Below are positions 9,101 to 16,842 of a stretch of DNA of 57,545 bases, in pieces. The notes below the pieces were generated by a model that searched no databases, was not told the origin of the DNA, and was given only the letters and a program-made list of their open reading frames with translations. The position numbers and the translations under genes were made by a program. Every line of letters starts with the position of its first letter. Positions within the stretch are counted from its first letter, which is position 1. Source of the stretch: a virus. Lineage: Duplodnaviria; Caudoviricetes. Location of the stretch: the IMG/VR virus record IMGVR_UViG_3300032285_005159, positions 1 to 57,545 of that record; one strand, written 5' to 3'.

Positions 9101-10662
9101 TTGCTAACGCCTCCACCAATTGCCTGAACAATTGGGTTAAATGATTTACCAACTGATGCAAGCACACCGCTAGCTTTTGCAGCTAAAACATTCCAGTCCT
9201 TACGGTTAGAAACCTCGGACATATAGTCTTCAACTAACTGAGTCTGGCTAGGCTTTTTAGTTGGGTCTTGCTTTGCAAGCCATTCAATACGGTAGTTATT
9301 AAACTTATCTCCGTCGAAGTCCTCGAACGCTTGAGTAACAGCGTCTACGTCTCCAGCCAAGTAACCCTTGCGTGTAATTTCAGCAGCAGCTTTTGCTCGG
9401 TCGTCTAAGCCAAGCTTATCCATAGCTTCCGCAAATTTTTCTTTTGGCAGCAAAGCAGTTGATGCAAGCGGCGCGTACGTGCCGTTACTAAGCTTAACAA
9501 AGTTCTTTGTTGGATCTTCGTTGTTAACGGGTACTTGCAAGCTTTGCTTTACCAAGTCTCCAGCAGCATTAACGAATTGTTGCTTGGTGTATTGCGAAAA
9601 AATTTCGTTGTTTGGGTACGCTTGCTTAAGCGAATCGTAAAGACCATTTAGTTTAGCCTCTGCAATTTTGCCTGTGTTTATAACTTTAGCGGGGCTAACA
9701 AGAATATTACGTCCACCAAGTGACTCGTACTCTGAAGGTTTTTTTACAGTAATTTCTCTACGTAACGCTTCTTCAGAAGTCGCTCCTTGACCGTATGCCT
9801 CTTGCTGAATTTCTTTTGCTGAATTAAGCGCGTCTTGTACTTGCTGTGCAGCGTTTGCTGATGCTGGGTTTTTGGAGCCAACGCGCTCATTAGATCCAAT
9901 AATCCATTGCTGAAGAGTTGAGTGAAGATTGTCTTCGTAAGGAGCTGTGTCCCGGCCGGGAGTTTTCTGAACTTGCGTTTGCGCAAACTTTAAAGTTGCG
10001 GGACTATTAAGCCCGTCCGAACGCTTGTACGAATCCAGAATAGAGTTAGCGTCCTTTGCAACTGCGGGGTCCGGGTTAATCCAAATGCTGCGGTCGCCCT
10101 TATCATTGGCAGTATACTCAACGTAGCTTAGGCCCTTTTCCTTTGCTGCCCGAATCCGTGCATCACGAATCTGGTCTGGTGTACCGTACTGCGTTTTATA
10201 GGTATTAAAAGTAGTTTCTTGTTCGGGAGTCTGCACAACCAACTGGCCAGTTTTTTTAGCCTCGTTTGCTTGGTCGTAATAACTTTGAAAAGCTGCGGAA
10301 GCTTCTGGGTCGGTGTCGCGCAAAGAGCTGGCCAAAACGCCGTAGTCCTGCAATGGGTTTTTAGTAACTTGGTCCGAGAAGGTACGGAAAGATTCATTGA
10401 GCTTAGACTCTGCTTCTGGATCGTCTTGCGCAGGTGCCTGTACAAAGCCACGCTTAACGGCCGTACCAAAAAGATTTTGACTAACTGTGCGGTAAGCCTC
10501 GTCCGGGTCTTGTCCAGCTTCGACCAATGCTCCTGTGGAGTAGCCAAGATAACCGCCAAAATCTGCGGCACTCTGTGCTGTTGTACCTTGCTTGGCCTCC
10601 CACTCTTTTAAAGTAAGAATTTCATGGTCAACCCCGTTCTGATCTTTTTGAATTACCGACAT
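1..10662 (-). CDS. Giant polyvalent virion/ejection protein, N-terminal 3554 codons (continues across the junction to 54075; ~4669 aa total)
   Basis: ATG at 10662 (MSVIQKDQNGVDHEILT...). No ORF-track entry terminates in this frame, so it runs off the window, in frame with the 54075..57491 ORF (position 69 = 57491). Motifs: HELGH (6289-6303), YHGT...GFYFS...VVFDPSQIKS (~1815-2241), YHGGT...GYGYYT...GYDGLVI (~1290-1641). Confidence 0.9.
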   Translation of the reverse strand, partial: MSVIQKDQNGVDHEILTLKEWEAKQGTTAQSAADFGGYLGYSTGALVEAGQDPDEAYRTVSQNLFGTAVKRGFVQAPAQDDPEAESKLNESFRTFSDQVTKNPLQDYGVLASSLRDTDPEASAAFQSYYDQANEAKKTGQLVVQTPEQETTFNTYKTQYGTPDQIRDARIRAAKEKGLSYVEYTANDKGDRSIWINPDPAVAKDANSILDSYKRSDGLNSPATLKFAQTQVQKTPGRDTAPYEDNLHSTLQQWIIGSNERVGSKNPASANAAQQVQDALNSAKEIQQEAYGQGATSEEALRREITVKKPSEYESLGGRNILVSPAKVINTGKIAEAKLNGLYDSLKQAYPNNEIFSQYTKQQFVNAAGDLVKQSLQVPVNNEDPTKNFVKLSNGTYAPLASTALLPKEKFAEAMDKLGLDDRAKAAAEITRKGYLAGDVDAVTQAFEDFDGDKFNNYRIEWLAKQDPTKKPSQTQLVEDYMSEVSNRKDWNVLAAKASGVLASVGKSFNPIVQAIGGGVSNAVGFENGKNFFLDWAVGDAELEASRSKYANLYGSDLGTGYQFLSQATPMIADIAISGGVSGLAKGFGRAALKETLVAGAEAGATASMRNLIPTSVKDFAGNVGKNWIAKALSPETRALFGQSYVRNFADVGAAAVKADSALVNKVFQGIKADLSNRIIPQAAGVAAQRATSFARSAESQYVDTTIAMRSEFNPDGSRKFTDEEIHKAALTHSLVAGTITALVEQASGKVFGEGADAVNYGNVNLRQLKYYTSRVSGALERSSLGGEEVLGVIKSVVREAAKESGYGILKEGVGEFSEEFVDQLGQSVANAMLDNENLNLVDALKDAFQAGVIGFAYGTAVPAFGNARKVNEIRDRQQGVAQSVEGEFLSNIIGKLEADGQSPETVAALKNRLQIANRNFQPVSERIPVRPASADLVTALDEAPEQPLNIGQKPTVLTPSGSVPTALAAKKAAELGVSQEELNSIQGSGKANKKGNATITPNDIQAYVAQRADRVAAESDIDWNDQAQVEAYLTRNGVKFVSEGNEPTPTVDETRTFKDLNGQLVIINGTRGRVRVEADGVLLDPETNEPPIEVTPNADMPATEFEGFEGAVAEPSLVSPRRGVRRVALTVSDAGEIVYGKTRYNAPTTPSLVNVKVADNGDIDSMYVLVQNKNGKAVYAYVTGENAQKLRQVYEGRGQESADSFANAVANSKAVDVQRNQAAASAKQKQSNQRRKNKRTKNGAPVVSDQGQAAVESEANYALSRITDNTVNPKLVEELKAVAVQLGLDPESFTTTEELFRIVGPELAAGLDLAAFSQAQVAVAIQNVQQGRTNTLLDFLVQQDAMTPANRAIQANHFAKLRAQHRTQFAKHGIKEGAMDVKAVLQSIIRSGKSKQHRETAKFLLSVGVDQCPVFVYNAPNDVATTGSYLGSSKIIALNAASDNGGGIVDALLHELGHFGTSEILTNPKTEFEREVRARLLALRAETQARIEAKYGTAIPENLRYAVEGRMNENEAFDETYAVNEFVAHYFASQTFRNQLDELNGKGERSLFQKFVDIIGSWFSGKRLADPESRALAEAMLDLKKAVAEGNGLPARSVQQILASRAAVAREDGFGPMYGVPNPHPRTSFKWINHQTDSLQDGIFSEDQLRALIKTGKFGAFTAENPDVTVQTEEANAAFNERAKQWLADRGYVADLVVGRYGNGENSFLVEGFTDQDAVDFANEFGQESMATDKGLFYQDGMYQPRDGEELDIPADEASDDNYFTNVRTTEGKIITVRVMYADYKLDSGLRPSKDVITATGSESQIVRNVQNQKEFATVLSKDTAKPFVLDGNTLLVNEGLVNEVYGNYGFDEQTSLVERDLAVAVAHELAIQKVGYDTHVALEDVGLTPAKVIEGAANNELTASDLQDLLALGDQSKNFVAAAFAEIGKRNTGENERLAVAQNRLGDLYRYLQRNGDDIPQEAENFSDTLSDTDVAIAERLRPVEPTKFFSKAYSGFNAADLKPGQALGTRNPTGKSATESGIDPMSLISLDVMARDPKAYRTNALYLTEYPIVAREFPELAAMVRKLRTKHEKTSGEIRVNADQIKRYKKVLKDLLTVDKVKATDAQFEDALLLENGGLTGQAGKDFAKNQAALEKCLAKSTKLKALGTEQKSAMTKKLAEFASDPNHPIAKLAPQIYDVVIQNTQSNLEALINLFPKSLRNVAKLWYDGANKIANEFGAQYAQDIEQASGVLAVFSPQKDWFMNIALAERTMKIWHEQVILGNPNGLVWSPAMTAQWLKRGGEPQITTEATDGTKPIYEKGKVKAVYDSNGEHVLDEQGNPMFTGWSNANAEAGRAKAREVLKNVEGRALKDLAIEDQARFIRMYSEVNDSPAFMKYAPDGTNTQEASRSETSGKEIKIGWGSYSTVQKAIRIMSSDKNTKLKVVSKELGNMHKVRSFYNNIVDPNNEDGHVTMDTHAVAALYWQALSGNSFEVSQNFGSSNVTNNSILGVNGMYAANAEAYRAAAQNFGLLPREIQSITWEAVRLLFPAKWKSNKKNVDAVRAVWAQYEQDKNFTIEDVRAAVFQLATGKDINQAYANTEDLALSLGFPSWAEVELRKGEAGEVPLEQAAPTIQRSRANVTTLYHQTDIDGLMMLLPQTYSDLPFGPPETYFATNKDLALSQRKNAGVLLEFDNNFSTQVPRATKPGSAFVAASGGGEELIAYIQPSELKKHISAITLNKVQAPKGYIVAVKNWIKQLEAQGWTKTSNPEGGFTVRKPVDNRDAATKMDADYLAAVDAGDTATAQRMVDEAAKAAGYDSANPKYHGTDKKGFTVFENRGGKVYILFSVENVDRQGFYFSNDPEIAQSFGKNVGKYYLKSSNTADLTKLDNSVHVRLVDAGISDRWLRATETWALFDEEDGKVFVQTLRDLGYDSAVIDEPSVEGERDASVSTVVFDPSQIKSADPVTRDENGNVIPLSERFNQGTADIRRSRAVVTEEGILNRLRTPKVSVNPPNGQPLYVTGYHGGTFDGRTPMKASSEGVYGYGYYTTPDVTRAKDYAVAARKEMGQAEVTTFDLLLKKPLVVKVSNKARGPALVFEALGLSGEKAEAKAEHLFEQYGNIGKHFKSLGEKQGYDGLVILNTDGTIAESVAWTRDSLTVDDNAPTIQFSRAALAPTTEQESKAFASATKNKRSGELAVAAIRLAEGQIDNATFADLVEVLDPWVVKGARAIPPIEQVKRYIVARRDGKILSADEEKKVGKVMEDLGIPEGQVIDWRIDIPTYNESLKHGEVTYAITAHPLNNVGKTIGYTNIARVRNGRVMTRVEKGNPMTIAQGGGKFPLATVQGENVKIDRLPSDINDPTVWAEIAYNPARSSEFVDVRTKLPVLTFSDAIMVGSRVFMKNPTYDSKPRYQQPRVNLAGELTGEIDMRYSKSAAPALFRGKEVQLTHWSFDSDLKTTDPTMHGTGGIGAEKDRKRDYKKIYQPRTYFGYSSYVREYIIGPFRYQIKVAGDSLYDYEADPLDLYPSRDERVAAGYARFDDRAANTMYEKAIKDHGFAGFVCKSHTAGV

Positions 10663-10675
10663 AGCGTATGCCGTC

Positions 10676-10705
10676 AAGGTACGCTAAAAACGGTTCAAGA
10701 GTCAA
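10676..10705 (-). promoter_or_regulatory. Sigma70-like promoter of the giant gene
   Basis: TTGACT-N18-TACCTT, 13 nt upstream of the ATG at 10662. Confidence 0.55.
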
Positions 10706-10710
10706 GTAAA

Positions 10711-11787
10711 TTATTCGTCAGAACCTAGAGTAGACGCTGACGGTGCTACTGGGCCAGTATACTCTGCGGGTGTACTTTTAGCGAGCTCAAGACCTTTTCT
10801 GGAAGCAGCGGTACGCGCGGCACTAGCAACTTTTCTAAGAACCGATAATTGTTCTTCAGTTTTTACTGGAGCTTTTTTCACGGCTCCAGTACTTTTATCT
10901 TTTACACCCGCATAAACGTCAGTTTTTTCTTGTGCGGGCACTGATTCTTCTAGGGCGTAAATACCTTTTTCGCGAAGCTCTTTCTTTAGAGCTGGGGTAA
11001 CGTATCCGGTATCGTTAAGGTCACGTAGTTGCTGATCAACTTCATCAAAGTTAGCTGCAAGATCAAAGTCTTTACTCTTAAGAATATCTTGTAATCCAGT
11101 TGCTGCCGTATTGGCACTGCTTGCAATTGCACTTTCAACTCCACGCTTTTGCTTTACGGCAGCAATATCTTGCTTTTTAGCGTACACGTTATGGGCAGCT
11201 TGCCACTCTGCTGTACCTGTAATACCGGGATAAATACGTTCGGCTTCTGCTTGATCCATTGACGCGGCGTTACCAATAAAACCAGCGGTTAATCCGCTTG
11301 AACGGCGCGTGGTTTCAAACGCGTTGTTGAAAAGATCTAGCTTGGCCTTAGCCGCAGGAACAGCCGCAACTACGTCTGAGTACTGGCTACCAAGCAAGTT
11401 AACGCGCTTCTTGGCTTCTTCAGGGTCCAAGCCCGGCAACTCGTAATTGCGCAAGTTATCAAAAGCTGTATTGAACTCTTGAGCTTTTGCGGTGGCCTCT
11501 TGTTGTTGCCGAACCTTGTCTCGGGCCAAGCCAAGCTCTAAACGACTGTTATCCAACTGAGCCCTACGTAGTTCAATGGTAGCTGCGCGGTCTTCTTCTT
11601 CCTGTGCCTTGGCTCGTTGAATGTCTCTGGCTTGCTGGATTCCGCCAAAGGTAGCGCGTACCTTGTCGTAAAGCTGACTGCGCAGCTTTGGGTCAGAGAC
11701 GTTCTGAGCTACGGATTCGAAGTATCGGCCCTGCAAGGGCGTAATATCCGAATCAACTGCAAAGGGAGTTGGGGCAGCTTGAGCCAT
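10711..11787 (-). CDS. Putative internal virion (ejection) protein, 358 aa
   Basis: Long Ala/Gln/Lys-rich helical ORF directly upstream of the giant gene; assigned from position. Confidence 0.55.
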   Translation of the reverse strand: MAQAAPTPFAVDSDITPLQGRYFESVAQNVSDPKLRSQLYDKVRATFGGIQQARDIQRAKAQEEEDRAATIELRRAQLDNSRLELGLARDKVRQQQEATAKAQEFNTAFDNLRNYELPGLDPEEAKKRVNLLGSQYSDVVAAVPAAKAKLDLFNNAFETTRRSSGLTAGFIGNAASMDQAEAERIYPGITGTAEWQAAHNVYAKKQDIAAVKQKRGVESAIASSANTAATGLQDILKSKDFDLAANFDEVDQQLRDLNDTGYVTPALKKELREKGIYALEESVPAQEKTDVYAGVKDKSTGAVKKAPVKTEEQLSVLRKVASAARTAASRKGLELAKSTPAEYTGPVAPSASTLGSDE

Positions 11788-12524
11788 TAAGAAAAGAATT
11801 TACGAAGAGGACTTGCGACTTTACGTACGCCCAGTTTTTTAACAAGCTCATAATTTGGAGCTTGAATTTCACCACGGGCAAATTGTTCTTCACGGTTTTT
11901 CTGTGCTTCAAAGCCAGCGAGGTTTCGCGTACGCTCAGCAGCAAATTTTCCAGCTTCGGCGGCACGGCGATCATAAGCGTCTTGTCCGCCAATACGAGCT
12001 AACGCAGCTTGCTGCGCAGCTTTTTGAGTATATGCCTTTGCATATTCTGGACTCCAGTACGTTTGTGCAGGTTTGCCGGGAGCCATTGCAGCAGCGGCAA
12101 TAGGAGCTTGCTTGGCTTGGTAAGCGGCGCGTTGTTCTTCCCGCGTTTGTGGCGCAAGCATAACAGGCTTTGTTGAATCAGCCGTTAAAGGCGTCTGTGC
12201 AATGGTAGCTTGTACTGATGGTTTAGCGGTACCGTAAACGTCGGTTGCGTCCGCGTAAATTGGAACGCCGGAGCGCATACCAATTAGTTCTTTCCCGGCT
12301 GGAGTTGCACCGAGTCGTGCACCGCCACGAGTTTGGGTACCCTGCGTTTCACCTTGGCCAAGCGGAACTGTTGCGGGGCGATCAGCAGTTTGTTTTGCTA
12401 AACGACTTGCTGCAAGGGCTTCGTCACGCAAGCGTTTAGCTTCGATTTCATCGGCAGCTTGCTTAGTGCTAGGTCCTTGCGTAACTGCATCTGCCAATTT
12501 TTGCGGTATTGTTTTTTCAGGCAT
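11787..12524 (-). CDS. Putative internal virion protein, 245 aa
   Basis: Ala/Gln-rich; its stop overlaps the next start; assigned from position. Confidence 0.5.
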   Translation of the reverse strand: MPEKTIPQKLADAVTQGPSTKQAADEIEAKRLRDEALAASRLAKQTADRPATVPLGQGETQGTQTRGGARLGATPAGKELIGMRSGVPIYADATDVYGTAKPSVQATIAQTPLTADSTKPVMLAPQTREEQRAAYQAKQAPIAAAAMAPGKPAQTYWSPEYAKAYTQKAAQQAALARIGGQDAYDRRAAEAGKFAAERTRNLAGFEAQKNREEQFARGEIQAPNYELVKKLGVRKVASPLRKFFS

Positions 12525-12534
12525 TTTGTTAAAT

Positions 12535-13032
12535 TTAAATTGGTCGTGCAGTGCTCATTCCGCCAGTAGCACCTTGTATACCAGAGGCACCCTGTACGCG
12601 CGGAGTAGACCCATAGCTTAGGTTCTTCTTCTTAAAGAAGTTTGCAAGGTCTGCTGGGTTAACGCCGAACTTAGGTGCTTCGGCCAAACTCTTTTCATAA
12701 AGGTTTTCGCCCGGCGTAAGATTCTTAGCGCGGTCTTCAATGCTCTGAGCAAAGTTAACGCGTCCTTGTAGCATGGACGCTTGATCTTTCTTTTGCTGTG
12801 CAAGTTCAACGTCTTGCAAGCTGGAACCAAGCTTTTCAGCAAACGCCATGTTTTCAGAAGACGTAATGGATGGCTCCAAAGACTTCTGGGCCGAGCTCGC
12901 CATTGCAAGTTCTTCAGCGGTGCGGCCGAACCCTTCCTTTTTCATGCGCCGTGCTTCGCGCAACAAGCGTCGGCTTTCTGGGGCAATGCTCCGCGCGGGT
13001 TGGCTTAAAGGATTTTCAGGTGCACCAAACAT
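12535..13032 (-). CDS. Putative internal virion protein, 165 aa
   Basis: First gene of the operon ending in the giant gene; preceded by TTGCAT-N17-TACATT (13045-13073). Confidence 0.5.
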   Translation of the reverse strand: MFGAPENPLSQPARSIAPESRRLLREARRMKKEGFGRTAEELAMASSAQKSLEPSITSSENMAFAEKLGSSLQDVELAQQKKDQASMLQGRVNFAQSIEDRAKNLTPGENLYEKSLAEAPKFGVNPADLANFFKKKNLSYGSTPRVQGASGIQGATGGMSTARPI

Positions 13033-13094
13033 AATATGCCGCTTAATGTACTAGCCAACCGCGCAGAATGCAAGCAAATTCTTTTTGTGTTTAG

Positions 13095-13310
13095 AAACTG
13101 TCTACCACATACACTCTTATATATTCTTTTTTCTAAACATGGCCCAAGGTAATGTACTAGACAGTTTTAGACTTTTTTGTAACAATGTGACTTTTGTTGG
13201 TAAATCAATGGTTTATAAAAATAACTGTCTACAACAAATGTCCACAGTGTTCCTTTTTCCTTTTTATTTTGAAATACTTTTCAAAGTGGTAGGTGTGCGT
13301 GAAGACAGTT
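13095..13310. repeat. 216-bp dispersed repeat, copy 1 (alternating AACTGTCT/AGACAGTT motifs, central IHF consensus)
   Basis: Aligns end to end with 46780-46995. Motifs at 13096, 13158 (inverted), 13223 and 13303 (inverted). AATCAATGGTTTA at 13203-13215 fits WATCAANNNNTTR. Confidence 0.9.
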
Positions 13311-15090
13311 AATCCATATAAATAAGGTCCGAGTAACTGGTACGGTCTTGGATTTGCAGGTCCCGCATTGAAACTTGTCTGCGCATAACTTGGTTGTCTG
13401 GTGCGTCCTTTAAAGGCTCCAACGCAATTAAGCCGTGGCGGTTCCGAGCCAAGTCAATTAACAAGAAAGCAGCGTCGGCTCCGTCCGGCGAGTAACCCGT
13501 GCGCTTTTTAAAGTCCGGCTTTGACTCCACCTTCATGCGCAAGCCCTCGCCGCCCTTAATAGTTTCGTACTGCCGCGCCGTCATTTCTCTGGCCAGTTCT
13601 TGGTCCACCCCACGCAACTGGCCGCAACGGATTAGCTCTTTACCAGCGAACCAGATTTCGCTTACGCGGTTGGCGTAAAGGTCGTGGCAAGGAGTCTGGT
13701 TGTTCATGCTTACCCTGCGGTCCGTGGCCTTACCCGCAAAAACCACTCGCAGAATTTCTGGGCTCCAGTCCGCAGCCACAACGTCGCAGAAAGGAGCTCC
13801 GGCACCAGTTGCGTCAATGGCCACGTTTTCGGCCTTTACCCCGCGCTTCTGGCACTGGGCCTTTAGCTGCTGAACAATTTGGTATGTTCGAGGCACGGCC
13901 TTGTTCGTTTCGTCCTCGTAAAGCAAGACCGAGTCCTTGAACTGCAAAACGTACTGGCCTCGCTGGTCATAGCCGATTTCACCGAACCGCAACATGGTTC
14001 GGTCTCCACCGTTTGTAAAGGCTGGATCCAGCGCGGCAATTGGCGTAACGTCCCGCAGCACCTCGTTTTGCAAGGCTCCGCCACGCATAAGTTCGTTTTC
14101 GCCGTACACGCCTTCGGCCTCGTCCGAGTCAAAGAACACGGCCCGGTACATACGCATATAGCCCCGGCTGCTTTCGCCCAAGTTCTGCTTGGCCTCCTCG
14201 ATCCGTTTCTTTGTTGGCAGCCAAGGGTACGGGTCGCCTTCGGTTAAAAGGTTTGGGCTTTGCTCAGCGTCAAAGCGCAGGTACAGCCCGTTGTACTTGG
14301 TTCGCCAGCTAAGGTCCCGCTCAGTAACAATTGAGTCCCACCCAGCCTTTGGTTCGCTCCAGTCCCCAAAAGCGTCGAACCTGCTGCACGGATTACTCAT
14401 TGCAACTACCCGCAGGTTTTGGTTGGCACTTAAGTTACTTAGCGCGGTTTGCATAATTGAGTGGCTTAGCTCGCTTAACTCGTCCGCCACCAAAATAACT
14501 CGCTCTTGCTTAATACCAATTAGCTTGCCGCTAGCTTCGCGGGTCTTACTCTTTTCCGCAGCAATAAGGCTTAGCCCGGCCCGGTCAAAAATAACGCCGT
14601 TGTTATCCACGTAATTTGCAGACCCAATTGAATCTCGTATCTTAATTGGTAAACCGGGAACCGACGTTAACAGAGTAATAACTGCGCCCCAAATCCGTTT
14701 ACGTGCTTCCCGCAACGTGGTTGACGTTACAAGAATCAAGGTTCGGTCCGGAGCGGCTAGCCAGTTAACCACGGCCCAGCCAGCCATAACGTAGCTTTTT
14801 CCGCTACTTGCCGCTCCACCAATTGCCAAGTACTTTTCCTTTGCCGCTGCGCTAATCATTTGCTCGGCCCAAGGGTGCCGTTCGAACAAAGGCTGGGGCC
14901 TATCTTCGCCGTTCCAAAGAACGTCTGCAATTCGCCAGAACAAGTACGCACGTGCGCTAGGAATTGTGTGTTCAGCAAACGCGCAAAGCATTGCGCTAAG
15001 CTCGTTGCACGGTTCGTTTACCAAAATTCCGCCAACGTCCCAGTGCCCGTTAGCCAGCAAAACAGGGTCATATTTATTTTTCACTTGCAA
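13309..15090 (-). CDS. terL: Terminase large subunit
   Basis: Walker A GAASSGKS, Walker B ILVADE, coupling motif MSNP, RNase H-like nuclease LDPAFTNGGD...IDATG...SPDGADA. Start codon uncertain. Confidence 0.9.
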   Translation of the reverse strand: MQVKNKYDPVLLANGHWDVGGILVNEPCNELSAMLCAFAEHTIPSARAYLFWRIADVLWNGEDRPQPLFERHPWAEQMISAAAKEKYLAIGGAASSGKSYVMAGWAVVNWLAAPDRTLILVTSTTLREARKRIWGAVITLLTSVPGLPIKIRDSIGSANYVDNNGVIFDRAGLSLIAAEKSKTREASGKLIGIKQERVILVADELSELSHSIMQTALSNLSANQNLRVVAMSNPCSRFDAFGDWSEPKAGWDSIVTERDLSWRTKYNGLYLRFDAEQSPNLLTEGDPYPWLPTKKRIEEAKQNLGESSRGYMRMYRAVFFDSDEAEGVYGENELMRGGALQNEVLRDVTPIAALDPAFTNGGDRTMLRFGEIGYDQRGQYVLQFKDSVLLYEDETNKAVPRTYQIVQQLKAQCQKRGVKAENVAIDATGAGAPFCDVVAADWSPEILRVVFAGKATDRRVSMNNQTPCHDLYANRVSEIWFAGKELIRCGQLRGVDQELAREMTARQYETIKGGEGLRMKVESKPDFKKRTGYSPDGADAAFLLIDLARNRHGLIALEPLKDAPDNQVMRRQVSMRDLQIQDRTSYSDLIYMD

Positions 15091-15147
15091 AGCAAAACAT
15101 TTTTTGCTTGCAAAAGCAAGCCCGTTTTGGTTTTAATGTAACAGCTA

Positions 15148-15354
15148 ATGGAAACACGGTTCATAGAACACCTTGTTGCTTATCGTTCTGAGTACGATGA
15201 GTTACGGGAATACGTACGTGAATTTGGCTGGAGCCTTAGACTTGAAAAGCTCTTTGATCGGCTAGTTGAAAGAACTCACTTACCTGAGTTCTTAGATGAC
15301 TTTGCGTACGCATACGTTTTTAACGAGTACGATCCCTTACCAGAAAACGAATGA
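15148..15354 (+). CDS. Hypothetical protein, 68 aa
   Basis: ATG after a promoter-like TTGCAA...TTTAAT; ATGA overlap with the next gene. Confidence 0.6.
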   Translation: METRFIEHLVAYRSEYDELREYVREFGWSLRLEKLFDRLVERTHLPEFLDDFAYAYVFNEYDPLPENE

Positions 15355-15947
15355 TTGGAACAAAACCAAAAACCGGACGCATTCAGCCAGCCATTGTGCG
15401 CAAACGTGCGGTAGACCTTTACACGCAAGGCCACGCCATTCCGGATATCGCCAAGTCAATTGGCGTTGACTCGAGCACGGTTCGGCGTTGGTGCCGCGCA
15501 ACCGGAGCAGTTCACGGCGGAGCGTTGGCTGACGCACTGCCCCCGGAAAGCCCAGAAGAAATCCTTAACCCGGCCGTGGTTGTTGTTGCGCAGCCCGAGC
15601 CCCACATAAACGGTGACTTGGATCCTAGCCCCGTACAGCGGCTATTAAACGCTGAGCAAGTAATGGGGGCCATTGAAGACGCAATGGCTCGGCCCGGCGA
15701 CACGGCCGATAAGTACCAAGCCATTATTGTTGCGTTAGGGCTTAATATGCTTAAAGGCGTTGCCGCAATGCCTCCGGCTGTAAAAACCGTGCGGGACCTT
15801 GCAACCTTAAACGACATGATCCGGCAGAACTTGGGCTTAAATACCAAGGGCAGCGGAGGGGGTGCTTTGGCAATTAACTTAAACGTGTTAACTAAAGGAT
15901 CACCAAAGACTTCTGGCGTTACAGTTGACGCCGAATTCACTGACTGA
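15351..15947 (+). CDS. HTH protein, probable terminase small subunit
   Basis: N-terminal HTH (AVDLYTQGHAIPDIAKSIGVDSSTVRRW), helical middle, C-terminal 'ININLNVL...VDAEF'-type tail; next to, but divergent from, terL. Confidence 0.55.
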   Translation: MIGTKPKTGRIQPAIVRKRAVDLYTQGHAIPDIAKSIGVDSSTVRRWCRATGAVHGGALADALPPESPEEILNPAVVVVAQPEPHINGDLDPSPVQRLLNAEQVMGAIEDAMARPGDTADKYQAIIVALGLNMLKGVAAMPPAVKTVRDLATLNDMIRQNLGLNTKGSGGGALAINLNVLTKGSPKTSGVTVDAEFTD

Positions 15948-16002
15948 AAAATTTTTTACATTTTTCTTGCTTTCATAGTTCGGTTCGAGTATGAGTCTGA
16001 AC

Positions 16003-16215
16003 ATGAGCTTTGGAACTGGAGCAGGAAAAGGGGATTTGCCGCGTGCCGTAAAGGGCGAAGCATTCCGTGCCGCATACGACAGCATTAAAAAACCTGAATC
16101 GTTGGACGTGCTTCTGGCACAGTTCGATGAATCCGTGAACAACAGAGACTCTGCGCTTGTTGAAGAACTACACGCGCAGATTAAAGCCCATCCTTATTAC
16201 AGAGGAAAACCATGA
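16003..16215 (+). CDS. Small phage protein (GKGDxPR motif)
   Basis: MSFGTGAGKGDLPR...; TTGCTT-N17-TATGAG sits 7 nt upstream, so the 16003 ATG is preferred over 15991. Confidence 0.6.
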   Translation: MSFGTGAGKGDLPRAVKGEAFRAAYDSIKKPESLDVLLAQFDESVNNRDSALVEELHAQIKAHPYYRGKP

Positions 16216-16369
16216 ACAAAACAGCGGTGGACTTGATCGAAGTCGCCCTGACCGATAAACAGGGAAACGTGCGTCGCTAACCGCACTCGCTGACCAATTT
16301 TATGAGAGAACAATACTACTACTACGACGAAAACGGAAGACTTAGACTAAGCCGCTAAACAAAAACACA

Positions 16370-16729
16370 ATGTATATGCAAACTGAATTCGAACTAGAGT
16401 CTAGCTACTTAGACCTTGTACCCGCCACAGAAAATACTGGGGAACGCTTAACGATCCAACAACGGTTTGAAGAGTTCCACTACAATAACCCAATGGTATA
16501 TCACAACTTAATGCTGCTAATTAACAGTGCGAAGTTAAGGGGAATGAAGAAAATTGGAATTGGCATGGTCTACGAAGTTCTTCGATGGAACTACTACATG
16601 AGAACAAGTGATCCGAACTCGTACTGCAAACTGTCAAACGATTACAGAAGCCGTTACTCACGACTAATTATGCAGAAGAATCCTGAACTAAAAGGCTTTA
16701 TTACCACAAGAGAAATTACAACACCGTGA
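16370..16729 (+). CDS. Conserved-looking phage hypothetical protein, 119 aa
   Basis: A-rich leader; FEEFH.NP...VYEVLRW...NDYRSRYSRLIM pattern familiar from phage proteins. Confidence 0.65.
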   Translation: MYMQTEFELESSYLDLVPATENTGERLTIQQRFEEFHYNNPMVYHNLMLLINSAKLRGMKKIGIGMVYEVLRWNYYMRTSDPNSYCKLSNDYRSRYSRLIMQKNPELKGFITTREITTP

Positions 16730-16842
16730 AAGAAGTACTAACATTCGGCCTAATCTGGATCTTCGCTGCATTAGTTACGGCTACTCTGTGGCACGCAGCA
16801 GTTGGAGGAAACGATGACGATAACTACCCACCAAAAATATGA
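16726..16842 (+). CDS. Small membrane peptide, 38 aa
   Basis: GTG start; VLTFGLIWIFAALVTATLW hydrophobic stretch; overlaps both neighbours by 4 nt. Confidence 0.5.
   Translation: MKEVLTFGLIWIFAALVTATLWHAAVGGNDDDNYPPKI

Noticed and set aside
1-10660. Apparent 10.6-kb gene desert or possible alternative genetic code
   Set aside because: A single - strand frame is open across the region and lacks a stop only because the contig is cut. The short ORF-track entries here are shadow ORFs, and no stop-codon reassignment is needed.
13085-13312. Paralogous small proteins encoded by the 216-bp repeats (also 46824..47075)
   Set aside because: Differences between the copies are mostly non-synonymous, the stops differ, and both ORFs are antisense to flanking genes. 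Conservation fits DNA motifs better.
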